A DNA stretch of 64,000 nucleotides from Chlorokybus atmophyticus. Taxonomy: Eukaryota; Plantae; Mesostigma and Chlorokybus algae. A program made the translations under genes and the position numbers. Under the pieces are notes generated by a model. It was given only the letters and a program-made list of their open reading frames with translations, did not search any database and was not told the DNA's origin. Positions 51,831 through 64,000 of this stretch are shown piece by piece. The stretch is taken from contig RHPI01002069.1 in the NCBI GenBank assembly GCA_009103225.1, positions 1,884,846 through 1,948,845 of the forward strand. The letters run 5' to 3'. Position 1 is the first letter of the stretch; every line of letters begins with the position of its first letter.

Positions 51831-54109
51831 CCCATTGATGGTCAACCACGTGTGCTTAGCTGCTTGCCGTTGACAAGGTGTAGCAGCCATAAAGTGATCG
51901 CTAACCAACGTTGCTGAGCGCACAACGTGCTGCCATTCATGCTCGTCGCACTCGAGATCCGCAGGCTCAGCCTGCATCATGTTAAGCTTAGGCCAGAGTT
52001 CACGCACCAAGTGCTCTTGCTCGACATTTGAGCACAACACCTCCGCATAGGTGGGTGGCTCCGCAAGCTCTGCAGGTAGTAATGATGGCATCTGCATGCT
52101 GCATAATTGCTGTACTTAAGCGCATAGCAAGTTTGGGACTTTAAGGACTGTAGCTAGAGGCACATGGGCATGCGCGGCATTCTTGTCACAATAGGTTGGT
52201 TGCTCGCTTACAGATGTTGAGGCAATGCTCGTCATTGTGGCGCTCAATGAGCGCTTGAATGTAGTAGCCGCCTTCAAGCATGGCGGATCATCCAAGTTGC
52301 TGTCGTGCGTGGCACATGGCAGCATTCCAATGGCAGTGCATTGCTGTAAAGCTTGCTGCAAGTCATAGTTATTGACAGATAATAGCAGCACCGGGCTTAA
52401 TGGAGCTGGCATAGTCATTGCGTGTACCACAAGCTCATGGTCTTGGTCATGGCTGTCATCTAGTGTCCTACTAGCACAACATTGGCTTAGCACATTGTCA
52501 TCACACCAGTGCAATGTATTACAGTTGGGTTGATAGCGTATGTTTGTGCCCAGCGCAAACTGTATGTTCTCTATAGTATGGCACATGCGCGTGCGCGTCT
52601 CAGCGCACGCTATGATACAATATGTACATGCCTGCTAGTGTACACTACACAAAACTGCGCACGTACAAGTGCTGCGCATGCGACCCCATCCTATTGCTTA
52701 CTGCGGGGCCGGCAGAGCCAGGTGTTCTTCTGTCTTCACCCATGGTGGAGGTGGACCTCCCCATGCAGCTGGTGGCGCTGGCCATGGCCCATACAGAGGG
52801 TAGAAAGGGCCCGAAGGATAATGCTGAGCGCCTTGTTGTCCGCGTCCGCATCCGCACGACGGACCACAACCGCGGTTGGAAGAAGCAGGCCACCACCGTG
52901 ACGAGCCTTCCTCAGAGTAATGGGTGTCTTGTCGCCAAGCACCCTTGGTGACCCCCACCAGCAGAGCGGCCACGCTGCTGCCTGCATGCAGCACTCCATG
53001 TTGAGATGACGTGTAGATTGGGTGTGCTGCAGGCGCATACGCCGCACACAAGATAGCCTCAGCCACAGGCTCAGCCCTTCCGGCCATTGTCACAAGTACT
53101 ACTTGACCCGCTAGACGCACAACAGCTGGCTGCTTGCAGCTGCATGCCAGCGCGCTTCTCATAGCAACCAATGTACGCAACCGCTCACACACGCCAGCTG
53201 CAGACACACCCTTGGCTAAACGACCGCACACACGCGCACGCAGACAACGCAGCTGCACGCACTGAATTGACGCAGCTGCTTGCACGCGCACGTGACACAC
53301 GCACTTAACTCATGCAATGCAGCAACACACACTACAACGACTCAGCTGCACGCATGCGCATGTCGCACACTTGAACGCAGCTGCACGCACTGACTGGGCG
53401 GAACTGCATGCACGCGCTTCGTACACGCATGAACTCAGCTGCACACACTTGCGCAAGCCGCACAAAAAAATGCTGGCGGACACACGCGCCAATCCCCGAC
53501 ATAAACAAGGTGAGTCAACAACAAGATCAGCACTGCCGCCGCCGTCGCTGTTGCTCTACTCAAGCACAACAACAACAACAACTACGGCGTGCAAGCTTAC
53601 AGCGCCGGCGCCCTGCAAGGTACGCTGCGTCAGCTACCGAGTGCGGCTCGGGGCTGTGATGTCGGCAGAGAGTGCAGGCTGAGGGCGCGTTCAACGCCCG
53701 CCTGCATCCTCTGCGGTGGCAAATTCACTAGTTGCCGACGTCACGCGCTGTCAGCCAGTGACGTCGGCAGTCGAGTATCGGTCAAGATGCGAGCGCCTAC
53801 ATCAAGTAGCTCTCTCGACCGAAAATGAGTGTTCAAGGGTTAGGCCAAATCCAACAATCGGTATTCCTTTGTACTCAGGGCTGAGAATTAATTAGATATT
53901 GGCTTCATCTAACGAATCAATAACCGTGACATATAACCATGACATGAATGTCATAATGGCACCAATAGTTCATGAAGATAACAATATTTTGTTATGACGA
54001 ATTAAGAGCCATATTTGTAATCAAGCTTGACACAAACAAACAAATAATGAACAAAAACGCGAATAAAAATGCCTTTTATATGTGGCAATTAAGCTTGAGT
54101 GTGTGTGTT

Positions 54110-54280
54110 TGTTTATATACATATACACATATAATATATACATAGTTAAAGAAAGAATACATAATCTGTATATATATCATATGTTGTTCACACATATATA
54201 TATACATATACATACCGTGTGCCATGTGTATGTATATATATACACATATAGGTATATATACATATATATACATATATATA
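54110..54280. repeat. AT-rich (AT)n/(AC) compound microsatellite; N-gap follows at 54369-54429
   Basis: Directly visible. Confidence 0.9.
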
Positions 54281-54529
54281 CCGCAGTTACCCCATTAGAG
54301 TTTCCCTCTTTATACAGTTCTCCTTCGTTAGAACATTGGGGGAACTGTATTTGCACAATTGAGTCCCCNNNNNNNNNNNNNNNNNNNNNNNNNNNNNNNN
54401 NNNNNNNNNNNNNNNNNNNNNNNNNNNNNAATATACTGTTCCCCTTGAAGGGAATTGAATATATGCAAAGCTTAAATGCAGTGTGCAATGCTGTGCCACA
54501 CCAAACCAATCCCACGCCAAGTTTCAAGA

Positions 54530-54840
54530 TGTCATGCCTATCACCCGAGCATGGCAGTCTTCATCGGGCATGCCTACAGCGAGACCCTCACCCGGCTTAC
54601 CAGCATGGCGACCCGCGCGCGTCACTGACCAGTAGCTAGGTCATGTCTTTAGAGTAGCTCATGAACATAGCCTACATAGGCACCGCGCGTAGCTGTTCAG
54701 CTGTGAGTTTAGTTATAAGTTGTGGTCTATATATATCAAGTGGGGTTTTCTTGTGTAAATAGCCTCGATATGACCGTTAGTTTATGTTCTGGACAGTCAT
54801 GAGTCGACTTGTATAAGTAGGCACAGTGTTCACCGGATCA
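54530..54840 (+). repeat. 5' LTR (311 bp, TG...CA) followed by PBS-like TGGTGACACTGTGAG (54843-54857)
   Basis: Same length and clear homology to 21974-21664; contains a TATA-like tctatatatatc; the priming tRNA was not identified. Confidence 0.88.
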
Positions 54841-55679
54841 GCTGGTGACACTGTGAGTGAGAAAGCTAAGAGCTTGTGAAGCGACTTGAACCACGAAACA
54901 CGCCGTCCCGGTTCCCAAGAATGCCCTCACCGTGTGAGAGCGGTGCATGCTCGTGTGCACTGTGCTTGTCCTTGTCGTGAGCTTGGTGTACTTGGTTGCG
55001 GTGTGCTTGTTGGCATCAGTCAGGGCATAGCATCCACGTGTTGCTTGCTCATTCACCTCACTTAACAGTGTAATCTCTCTGCCACTCATGCAAAGAACTG
55101 TGTAAACAGCGCTACCTATAGTAGTGGCTTGTTGACTCACAGTGTCACCCTCTTTGCTCAAGTGAGTGTAGTTGCAGGCTGCACATCAGCATCGCAATCT
55201 GTAGTTGTACACATCGCAGTGCATTGTTGTCACCGTCATCGCATAGCGTGCACAAGCGCTAGTGTGTTGGGTGATAGCAGCATTGGAGATCCCATTGTAG
55301 AGCACAAACACTCTACCCTTCATCCACTTTCACCATCGCATCAGCTGTATGAGCAGGCCCACCCCTTTCTCGCCAATAGAAGAAGGGAACCTCAACAGCT
55401 GGAGCCCAACCTCCAACCTTACCTACGAGCGCGCAAGTGAAGGGAGCGATTAGCGTAGCAGCAGATGCCTCGTCTTCGGCTTCACCTCCACTCACTCCAC
55501 TCCTCGACAACGAGCATCTCCACCACCGTCGGACAGTGACGACGAGGAGATGGAGCCTTCCAGCTCAACCAACTCCCTACGCTTCTCCGGACGCCCTGGC
55601 ACCACCTCACTTGACGAGTTCATCATCAAGTTCTACTCTAAGATGCGGCAGCAAGCCCTCAAGAGCAAGGACTGGACAG

Positions 55680-57828
55680 ATGAGGTATCGTTTCATGTCC
55701 GCTCAATACCTTGATCACGAAGCACATGATGTGTGGAAGTCCGTCGCTGAGTTGCACAAGATTGATGGCTATGGCGAGTTGGCCAGCACCATAGCCTCCA
55801 CGTCACTGCATAGCCCATCGGTTACTGTCCCTATAGCAGCGGCCCCGCCAGCCTCAGTCACGGGTCTCACTCTAGCTGCAGCCATGGAGGATGCAGAGAA
55901 TGAAGAAGTTGAGGTGGTAGTGGCCTCATTGACTCCTGCAGAGATCGAAAGTAAGCCGAGCGCCGGATCAGGATACTCAACCGCACCGCTGCCATCATCA
56001 GGGAGCAACAAGAGGAGCAGCAAGCTGCAGCATTGGAGATAGGTACGCCTCTGCTACCAACACCGAACTCGCGTGCTCCACCGGGAGGCAGTGTTTTCAC
56101 CCTTGGCTCAATGGCATTGCGTGCACCCGCGCTTACGGTGGGCGCTGCCATGTCGGACTCCCCGTTGAAGACCTCTACGCCGCACTCCGGCGCACCTTCC
56201 CACCTCAGACCAACAGCAAGGTGGAGGAGTTGAGGCTTTTTCGACGGAAGCCCAACGAGGACCCTCTCCGACTGTATTCGCGGCTGGAAGGGTTGCTTAA
56301 AGACACTGACTACAAGATCGTCAGTGAGGCGGCGGCAGCAGTGGTGTATGTGGCCGAGTTGGATCCCACCCTGAGCGAGTCGACGCGCCTGACATTGAAC
56401 TACAGCAGACCCCTCGGCTACACCCTCAAGGAAGCTTTCGAGACTGCACAAGCCATCCCTAAGCGCGCGGTGTATGAGAAAGCAGTGTTGGACACCAACC
56501 GCAGTGCCTCGCAGCCTATGGCAGGCACAAGTGCAGAGCCCCTTCGGCGGGACCGCAGCCGAGAGCCGCAAGGCATCCACAACAAGGATAAACGGTCAGC
56601 TCATGCTGCCCTTGTGGCTCCAGTGCTGTGCCACCGGTGTGGTCAGCATGGCCACTACCAAAAGGAGTGCACCGAAGATTACGGCAACCTTGTGTGCGAC
56701 TACTGCCACAAGACGGGACACCTGAAGACAGTATGCTGGCTCAAGTTCCCTGATCTGCGGCCCTCTATTGGCTACAACAACGGCAACAACGCTGTTGGCT
56801 ACCGCGGCAACAACAACAACAACAACAACAACAACAACGGGGGCTACAACAACAGCAACCACGCTGGCGGCTACAACAACAGCAACAACGCTGGTGGTCG
56901 CAACAATGGCAACAACGCTGGTGGCCACAATCCCAACAACAACAACAACGCCGGGGTCCGCAAGGAAGAAGCTGGCTACAGAGGGAAAAACCGCCCTCCA
57001 CAGCACAAAGGACCTGAGGGACGTCCTCGTGCTGGGGCTGCTGCTGTAAAGGCACCAGCCAATCCACCAGCTATTGACCAAGTGGCAGCCCTGATGGCGC
57101 GCGTGGCACAGCTGGAGGAGAACAAGGAGCAGGATTATCAAGCCTGCCATGCTGCTAGGTGGGCGCTGATGGCACCAAAACGGGATAGGGACACTCCCAC
57201 GCCGTCACGCGTACAACCATCAAGACGTGCGCGCGGGGAAGCTGGCGCGTCGTCAACAGCGGCATCGTCGGACGCCACAAGTGGTGCTGCCTCGGCAGCC
57301 ACAACCACTACTGGGACGACGCCGTCGACGACACCGTCGGCATCCACACCGACCACGACAGCAGGTGTCAGCACTCTTGGCACCACGCTGTCCCCGGTGA
57401 TGGAAAGCACCAACGCCGCAACAACCATGGTCGTTGGGTTCGTGGGTGGTGAATCCACCACTCCTGCCTCCATTGAAGCGACCACATCGGCCACCACTGC
57501 TGCCACCCTCACAGCCGCCACTCCCGTAACGGCGACTGCTGCAGGTGCCACCACCATCGCCTCCAGTAGTGCTGCCACACCCACTGCACCACTACCTGAG
57601 ATTCGCACAGCACCGCCACCAGCACTTAATATCACACAGCAAGTGCCACGCGGACCACAAGCAGAACGCGCCTGGGCGTCCGTTCTACGCAATGTGGAGC
57701 CCACCATCATTGCGTACGGACTAGGGGGGCAACGCACCACGCGTGTGGCACGCGATGATCGCATCTTGCCCCTACCACCTCCAAAGTACCACACACTGCC
57801 GGAACCCACACAACAGCAGCAAGGATGA
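55680..57828 (+). pseudogene. Gag with two CCHC knuckles, an Asn/Gly-rich tract and a Thr/Ala-rich tail (frameshifted at the 5' end)
   Basis: CHRCGQHGHYQKEC and CDYCHKTGHLKTVC; 535-codon open stretch 56221-57828. Confidence 0.88.
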
Positions 57829-59476
57829 AATCCTCACCGGCACTGCACCGGAGATGAGGGATCGTCTCTTCGGGGTCACCTACCGGCAACCTGCAGTGTT
57901 AGAGCTGACCATTCAGTTGTTTTTGGCATTACACACAAGATTGCAGGGCGCACCCAGTCCAACGCTGCAACCCATGCCCGCTCAACAGATCAACTTCGAG
58001 CCCTCACCACTGGACCCACTCGGACTCCAGCGCCGCAAAATACAAGACCTCGTGGTCACCATGTCAGATATCGCGCTGGGCACAGATCCCGCTCTCCGGG
58101 GGCTCACTCTAGGCAGCCGTCAAGACCGGTTCCCTGCCCTCGAACAGGCACATTGATATCCGGTGGACCAAGCTGCCCAAGTGGACGCGCGCCGACAGGC
58201 GTACGAAGCAGCACACGCCGTTGCCGTACCAGCCGTAGCGCCGGCAAATGTTGCCAGCGCCTTTGCGGCGCTGACAACAGGGCACTCCACGGCAGTCGCC
58301 ATCGCACAGCCAAGACAAGGAACTGTTGCAGACCAAGCGAGGGCGTTGGCACAACAATTGAGGGGGGTAATCGCCCCGCTGCTGCCTCCTTTGGTCGAAG
58401 ACATGTCTGAGGATCACCACGATGCAGGGCAAGGGTACCTCACCCTGCAAGGGGACACCACACAGCGAGGAGGAGCTGGTATGGTGGGGGAGCAACAACT
58501 CCGTACCGCACTCATCCGACAAGCAGTCATGCTGCACAGGTCTGAGGGCAACACATTAAGACAGATGATGGGGATGCGAGAGGGCAGCGCCGGTCGAGCC
58601 CGTCTCGTGACATGGCTCGTTGCCAATCACCCTGCTGTCCCCCTGTTTGCCTTTGGCAACCGAGCATTATGGTTGAGGGCATTCGTTCGTTCGCTGCGAC
58701 AAGCATACGACGAGGCTGCCACCACATCCCCGGACACGCTGGAGGGAGTGCAAGAGGCAATGCTGCGGCTGCCAGGGGTGGAAGCCGCACGACAACGGCG
58801 GCGCATCGCCATTGCTCATGAGCTACACGCACAGCAGACTGATCTCCAGCGCACCCTACGCGCGCGCGCCATGACCGTGCTCGATGTGGGAGTGGTACAA
58901 GGAAGGTGGGATGCCTACATGGCAGGGATCTTGCGAGTCCCCACCATCACCCACGACATGCGGCGACAGCTACTACGCGCCGTATATCTGCAGCCCATGC
59001 CTCAATATCATCACTGGATCGACATGGACACCGAGCCCACGGCCACGTGGGAAGGGACGTTGGTCAGAGAAGCGGCTCATGCTGTCCGATGGACGTACGC
59101 CGCGGAGCAAGCGGAACGCGAGGCAGGCCCAAAAGCACCGGGTCCGCCGGGGTTTCCTCCACAGCCAATGGGTACGCCCGCGGGCATGATTTCATCTTCG
59201 CAGAGGCGGCACCTGCACCGCCACCACAACCGGTGCCGGAACCTTCAGCACCGAGGCCCCCCCGTGTCTACCAACCACCACGACAAAGTCGGTTCGGCAG
59301 AGGGAGAGAGCAAGGAGAGGGTCCTCTTGACCCAGCAGGCAGAGGAGCTCTGGCTGCAATGCGCTCAGCACCCCCAGCTGAGAGAAATGAGGCAAAGGTG
59401 CAGACAGCTCGTACGAAGAGGCTGCGCATCAACGCCAATGCTGCCATGGTGGCCAAGGCAAGCACGTTACCATTAA
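57820..59476 (+). pseudogene. ORF X: ~550 codons of unknown function between Gag and protease (one internal TGA at 58154)
   Basis: ORFs 57743-58156 and 58163-59476 share a frame; no retroviral motif recognised. Confidence 0.6.
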
Positions 59477-59830
59477 CGGCCTGGCACCCAAGCGAGCGAT
59501 GTTGGACACCGGAGCACAGCCTGTCATCATCAGGCGCTTCCTCGCACGGTCCCTCGGCATAACCAGCTCCGACTTGGTGCCTTGCCCGTACGTGTTGGAC
59601 ACTGCCACAGGTAGCCGAGATAAGGTGATGGGAGTTACCAGGGAGGCCTTTTGCATTCGGTTGACAGGGCTGGACCCAACCCACACAACCGAGATCGTCC
59701 AGCAATGTGTGGTCACCAATGCCGGCTCCTTCGACTTTCTGCTTGGGCAGGATTTCAACTTCCCTGTGGGCATGGGCCTCGACTGCTGGACAAAGCGGGC
59801 GTGGTTTCGGCCACATTGGGATGAGGATGA
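59460..59830 (+). CDS. Retrotransposon aspartic protease
   Basis: VTINGLAPKRAMLDTGAQPVII (DTG at 59505) and FDFLLGQDF. Confidence 0.9.
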
Positions 59831-60234
59831 CGGAGAGGTGCAGGGTTTCCTGCCTCTCGAGTTGGTCTCGTGCACGCGCGCCCAACGCAAAGTGGCTGCC
59901 GTGGCCACACGCAGCCACGCCCGCACACGGGAGGCTGCAACGGCCACATACGACGGCGCGCGGACGCAAGTCGTCACTGGTGCCACGGCCCCGTGTCGAA
60001 ATGTCGACTCCTCTCCCACCCCGTACAACGAGGAGCAGGAGGATGACACCGTGGAAGTAGCATTACAAGACCCAGCTGAACGGCGCTGGCGCGCACAGGT
60101 GGACGCAAACGTCTTGCTCCGCCATCCACTGATCACCACGCGCTTCCCTAACTACCGAAGCCACAAAAAGGTGCAGGACCAGCATATGGTGGCCACCGAA
60201 GTGGTGGAGTTCCACACCTTTTGCAGGCAACAGG

Positions 60235-61190
60235 GCATCACAGTGTTGGAGCTGTTTGGAGGCATTGGCAGTGGTCTTGCCGCGGTCCTCAACACGGGTG
60301 TGAAGGTTGTCAAATACTATTACTGCGACCCAGACCCACACGCGCAAACGGCCCTCAAGCACCACTTACGCTAACTGCACGAAAGGTATTCACATCAACT
60401 ACCCCTCTCGGCGTTGCAAGGCAGCCTCAGAGCGTTGCCACAAGACATCCGACTGATCACCGAAGATCACCTACTGTCCCTCGGCAACGTCGACCTATTA
60501 ATAGCTGGGTGGGAATGCACAGGGCACTCCAGTGCAGGCAAGGGGCAAGGCCTCGAAAACCCTCGCTCAGGGCTGTTTTGGGAGCTGATGAGAATCATCC
60601 ACCTCCTTCAACACCACCGGATCTCCAGACCCCTGGGGTACGTCATCAAAAATGTGCATTCAGAGGACGACAAGCGTCCGCACGTGGCCTCCAGCTACCG
60701 ACAAGTTTGCTCCATTCTGGGGCACCCACTCAAGGTGAACACTGCACGACATGGCTCGCGCGCACATCGTGTACGTGCCAAGTGGACAAACTTGGCCGCC
60801 GTGCAGGAACTCATGACCGCAGAATACACGCGCAGCGCTCGGCCGCACAACCTGCTAGTCGATGACATCCTTGACCCCGGCCGCAAAGCACAACCTGTCC
60901 TGCGTCATGACCACAACCACTTCTACTCATGCAATCAGCCCGGTCAGCCCCGTCGCGCACTCCCCACATTGGTGTCCTACCCGGGCTCCTACGCATTTTG
61001 GAACGGTGGTGACGGGATGGTGTGGAATGCGACCACCAACAGGCTGGAGGAACCCAGTGCACGCGAACGTAAACGCGCCATGGGATTCTTCCCCAACAGC
61101 ATCACGGGCTCATCGCTGACAGATAATCAGCAATGCCAGCTGCTTAGCCGCGCCATGGACCAGAACAGCATGGTATGGCTGCTGGAGCTG
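60235..61190 (+). pseudogene. C5 cytosine DNA methyltransferase domain (DNMT3-like fold), in frame with the protease; TAA at 60372
   Basis: Motif I VLELFGGIGSG (60243), IV DLLIAGWECTGHS (60492-60530), GLENPRSGLF, VI VIKNV (ENV with E>K), VIII AHRVRAKWTN, IX/X RERKRAMGF...QLLSRAMD. Confidence 0.92.
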
Positions 61191-61399
61191 AGCTCGCATT
61201 GCAGGACCGCCACGTGTCCTTCGAGGATCTCGAACACTTGGTTGGGGGGTGGGCTGATCGCAGAGCCGTCACTAAGGCAGCTCACACAGCCCTCGAGGTG
61301 GTCCATACGGAGGAGCAAGCAGCAGTGACAGTGGAGGACATTCCCGTGGTTGCCAATGCGACCTCTTGGGACCATGCCATTGGCCCGTTGGCCACAGAA

Positions 61400-62770
61400 A
61401 ACACTCGAGAGAAGCTGGAGGCTCTCCTCAACAAATGGAGGAGCCAATTCAGCTTTAATGTGAAGGAATTGGGTACATGCTCAGTGTACCAGATGGACAT
61501 CGAGCTGGTGGACACTGAGCCGGTGTTCCGGCGGCAATACAAACTCTCCAAGTTGGAAGAGGACCTGGTGGAACAGAGATGTAAGGCGCTGCTTGATGCA
61601 GGCCTTATCGAAGAGTCCACATCGGACTGCGCAGCAGCAACCGTTATGTCATTGAAGAAGGTTTTAGCAGGCAACTGGACAAAGCGACGCATGTGTGGCG
61701 AATATCGCCCCCTCAACAACAAGACCAAGCAAGACAGGTACCCCATGCCCACAGCAGAGGGTATCTTTGATGATGTGGGAGACTGCACAGTCTTCAGCTC
61801 CTGGACATGCGTCAAGGGTACAACCAAATCGCCATCAAGGACGAGGACAACACCTCCTTCTGGGGCAACCGACAGCTGTACCAATGGAAGGTAATGCCGT
61901 TCGGGCTGAAGAATGCCCCCGCCAAGTTTCAACGCGTCATGGACAAGGCCTTGAAGGGGCTGCACTGCGCGCGGTGCTACATCGATGACATCCTCATCCT
62001 CAGCCGCAGCAACGAGGAGCATCTTCAGCACATTGAAGCGGTGCTGGAACGACTCAAGGGAGTGGGGATGACCGTACACCCCGACAAGTGTACCTTCTTC
62101 ACCCACAAGGTGCCGTACTTAGGGCACATGATTGTGCCCGATGGTGTGTATGTGTAGCAGGCAAAAGTAGAGGCTCTGGCAGCTATCCCTGCCCCGACAG
62201 ACCTCACACGTCTGCGCGCTTTCTTGGGACTTGCCAACTACTATCACCGGTTCGTGAAGGACTTCGCGAAGATCGCAAGGCCCCTCAACGAGCTACTGAA
62301 GAAGGAGGTGGAGTTCACATGGAAGGAGCCGCAACGCAGCAGGCCTTCGAGGAGCTGAAGAGCAGGCTCACCACCGCTCCCATCCTTCAACGTCCGGACT
62401 ACGCCAAGCTTTTCATCCTTCACACAGACTGGAGCGAGCTGGGGATGGGAGCGGTGCTGGTGCAGCACGATGAGAACAAAAAGGAGCGGGTGGTGTCATA
62501 CGCCAGCCGAAGCAACAACAGCGCCAAGGCCAACTACAGCAGCTACGAGGGGGAGTGCCTCGCTGCAGTGTGGGCCATCTCCTTCTTCCGACCTTTCCTC
62601 TTGGGTCGGCAGTTCCAACTGATCACCGATCATCAGCCCCTCAAGTGGCTGATGACCGACCAACATCTGACAGGGAAACTTGCTCGATGGGCCCTGCTGT
62701 TGCAGGAGTACGACTTCGAGATCGACCACCGCGCTGGCCTCACCAACCAAAACGCCGATGGCCTCAGTCG
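61400..62770 (+). pseudogene. Gypsy reverse transcriptase and RNase H (frameshifts near 61800 and 62330, TAG at 62155)
   Basis: RRMCGEYRPLN, DRYPMP, MPFGLKNAPAKFQR, YIDD (61978), FLGLANYY, HTDWS, YEGECLA, TDHQPL, NADGLSR. Confidence 0.95.
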
Positions 62771-63149
62771 CAACCCTCACCTCAGCAACAACGAGGCAAC
62801 TGGAGCTCGGCATGAGCTCGTCCCTGCAGCAACAACCCCCACCATGGCAGCCATGTTTGCTGCTGCCGCGTTGCGCTCAGGGCGCAAGACCAACACCACG
62901 GCCTCAGCAGTGGCAGAGGAGATTCCTGCCCTTGAGCCTACCGGCCCTGCGGCAACCACACCCTTGGGAGACGCCCACACAGCCGATATTGAAGTCGATG
63001 ACACAGAGCTGGCGCCCACTGACACCAGGCAGGACATATGGCGGGACAAGCCATCACTCTCCTTCCTTCAAAGTGGCCAGCTTCCCTCCGGCATGAGTGC
63101 CCGAGAGAAGGACCGTGTCAACCAACGCACCCGTAACTATCGATGGGCA

Positions 63150-64000
63150 GGTGACAAGATGTATCGCCGTTTCCATGACGAAGACAAGGAAGTGCCGACA
63201 CCAGTCACGCGCGAGGGCATTATCACTTCCCTCCACACTGAGCTTGGACACTTCGGTTTCAAGCGTACAGTCAGCCTAGTGAGGGCACAATATTGGTGGT
63301 ATGGGTTAACAAAACAGGTGCAGGGGTTCGTCAGCCACTGCCAACAGTGTGACATGGTGCGCGCCAGCCTCAACACGCGTAGCGCCACCTTGCACCCACT
63401 CCCCATCTCCGGTCTCTTTTACCAATGGGGGCTCGACATCTTGGGGGACTTGGCACCCTCAGCGCGTGGCAACCGTTACATCCTGGTCATGATCAAGCAC
63501 TTCTCTAAATGGGTGGAGCTGGTACCATTACCCGACAAGAGCAGCAGGGGGGTGTCTCAAGCCTTCCTCTCTCACGTTCTTAGCCGATTTGGCAGCTGCG
63601 CCGAGGTCATCACTGACCAAGGTACTGAGTTCAGAGGGGAATTCGACACCCTCTTAGACAAGTGTTACATCGACCACCGCCGTACCTCGCGTGATCACCC
63701 TCAAGCCGACGGTCTCGCCGAGCGTAAAGTGCAGACCATCAAGAAGGCACTCTGCAAGTACGTGCTGGAGTACGAGACGAACACTTGAGATGACCACCTC
63801 CCGTGGGTGGCCCTCGGATATCGATTGTCAAAGCAGGCGGCTCTGCGTAAGTACAGCCCGTACTACCTGCTGTTCGGGCGACCACCATTGCTCCCCTTCC
63901 GTGCGCAGCAGGAGGTGGATCGCGTCGTGAACAACCTCGACAACTCTGACTGGATGCACCACGACATCACCACGCGCGCTGCGCTTTTCGAGCGCACCGT
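63150..64000 (+). pseudogene. Gypsy integrase (HHCC plus DDE); TGA at 63786; runs off the window
   Basis: HTELGHFG...CQQC, GLDILG, ITDQGTEF, HPQADGLAERKVQ. Confidence 0.95.

Larger units (their letters stand above)
46206..53830 (-). mobile_element. PAT/Kangaroo-like DIRS (tyrosine recombinase) retrotransposon with split direct repeats, decayed
   Basis: Minus-strand order A1 (53780-53524), gag-like, RT/RH, MT-like, antisense YR, B1 (47042-46892), A2 (46888-46629), B2 (46358-46206). Confidence 0.78.
54530..64000 (+). mobile_element. Ty3/gypsy LTR retrotransposon encoding a C5 DNA methyltransferase; continues past the window end; pseudogenised
   Basis: LTR-PBS-Gag-ORFX-PR-DNMT-RT-RH-INT in gypsy order; see the component features. 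Confidence 0.95.

Noticed and set aside
54330-54450. Short inverted similarity flanking the N-gap (ggggaactgtatt / aatatactgttcccc) as TIRs
   Set aside because: Imperfect, about 14 bp, and adjacent to an assembly gap, so it may be artefactual.

Overview
Eukaryotic, intron-rich nuclear DNA. The plant-like OST4, FAM32A, SMT2 and DUF3339 sequences and the TE spectrum suggest a green alga, probably of streptophyte/charophyte grade (inference). I spliced these host genes by hand: two tandem DUF3339-like small membrane proteins, FAM32A, a 38-aa OST4 missed by the ORF track, plastid ACP, an SMT2-type sterol methyltransferase, a DUF455 ferritin-like protein, a PPGG-repeat low-complexity protein and a multi-exon GNAT-like gene. 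About half the window is decayed retroelement DNA: two Naiad/Chlamys-type Penelope-like RT remnants; a chromoviral Ty3/gypsy element with nested insertions; a PAT/Kangaroo-like DIRS element with split direct repeats and an antisense tyrosine recombinase; and a Ty3/gypsy element from 54530 to beyond the window end with the order LTR-Gag-unknown ORF-protease-C5 DNA methyltransferase-RT-RNaseH-integrase, plus a truncated relative at 18800-21974. The DNMT-carrying retrotransposon is the highlight. Its methyltransferase catalytic Glu appears to have been destroyed by a CpG-type transition, and it carries an unexplained ~550-aa ORF. No rRNA, tRNA or CRISPR array was seen. All alignments were done by eye; no searches were run.
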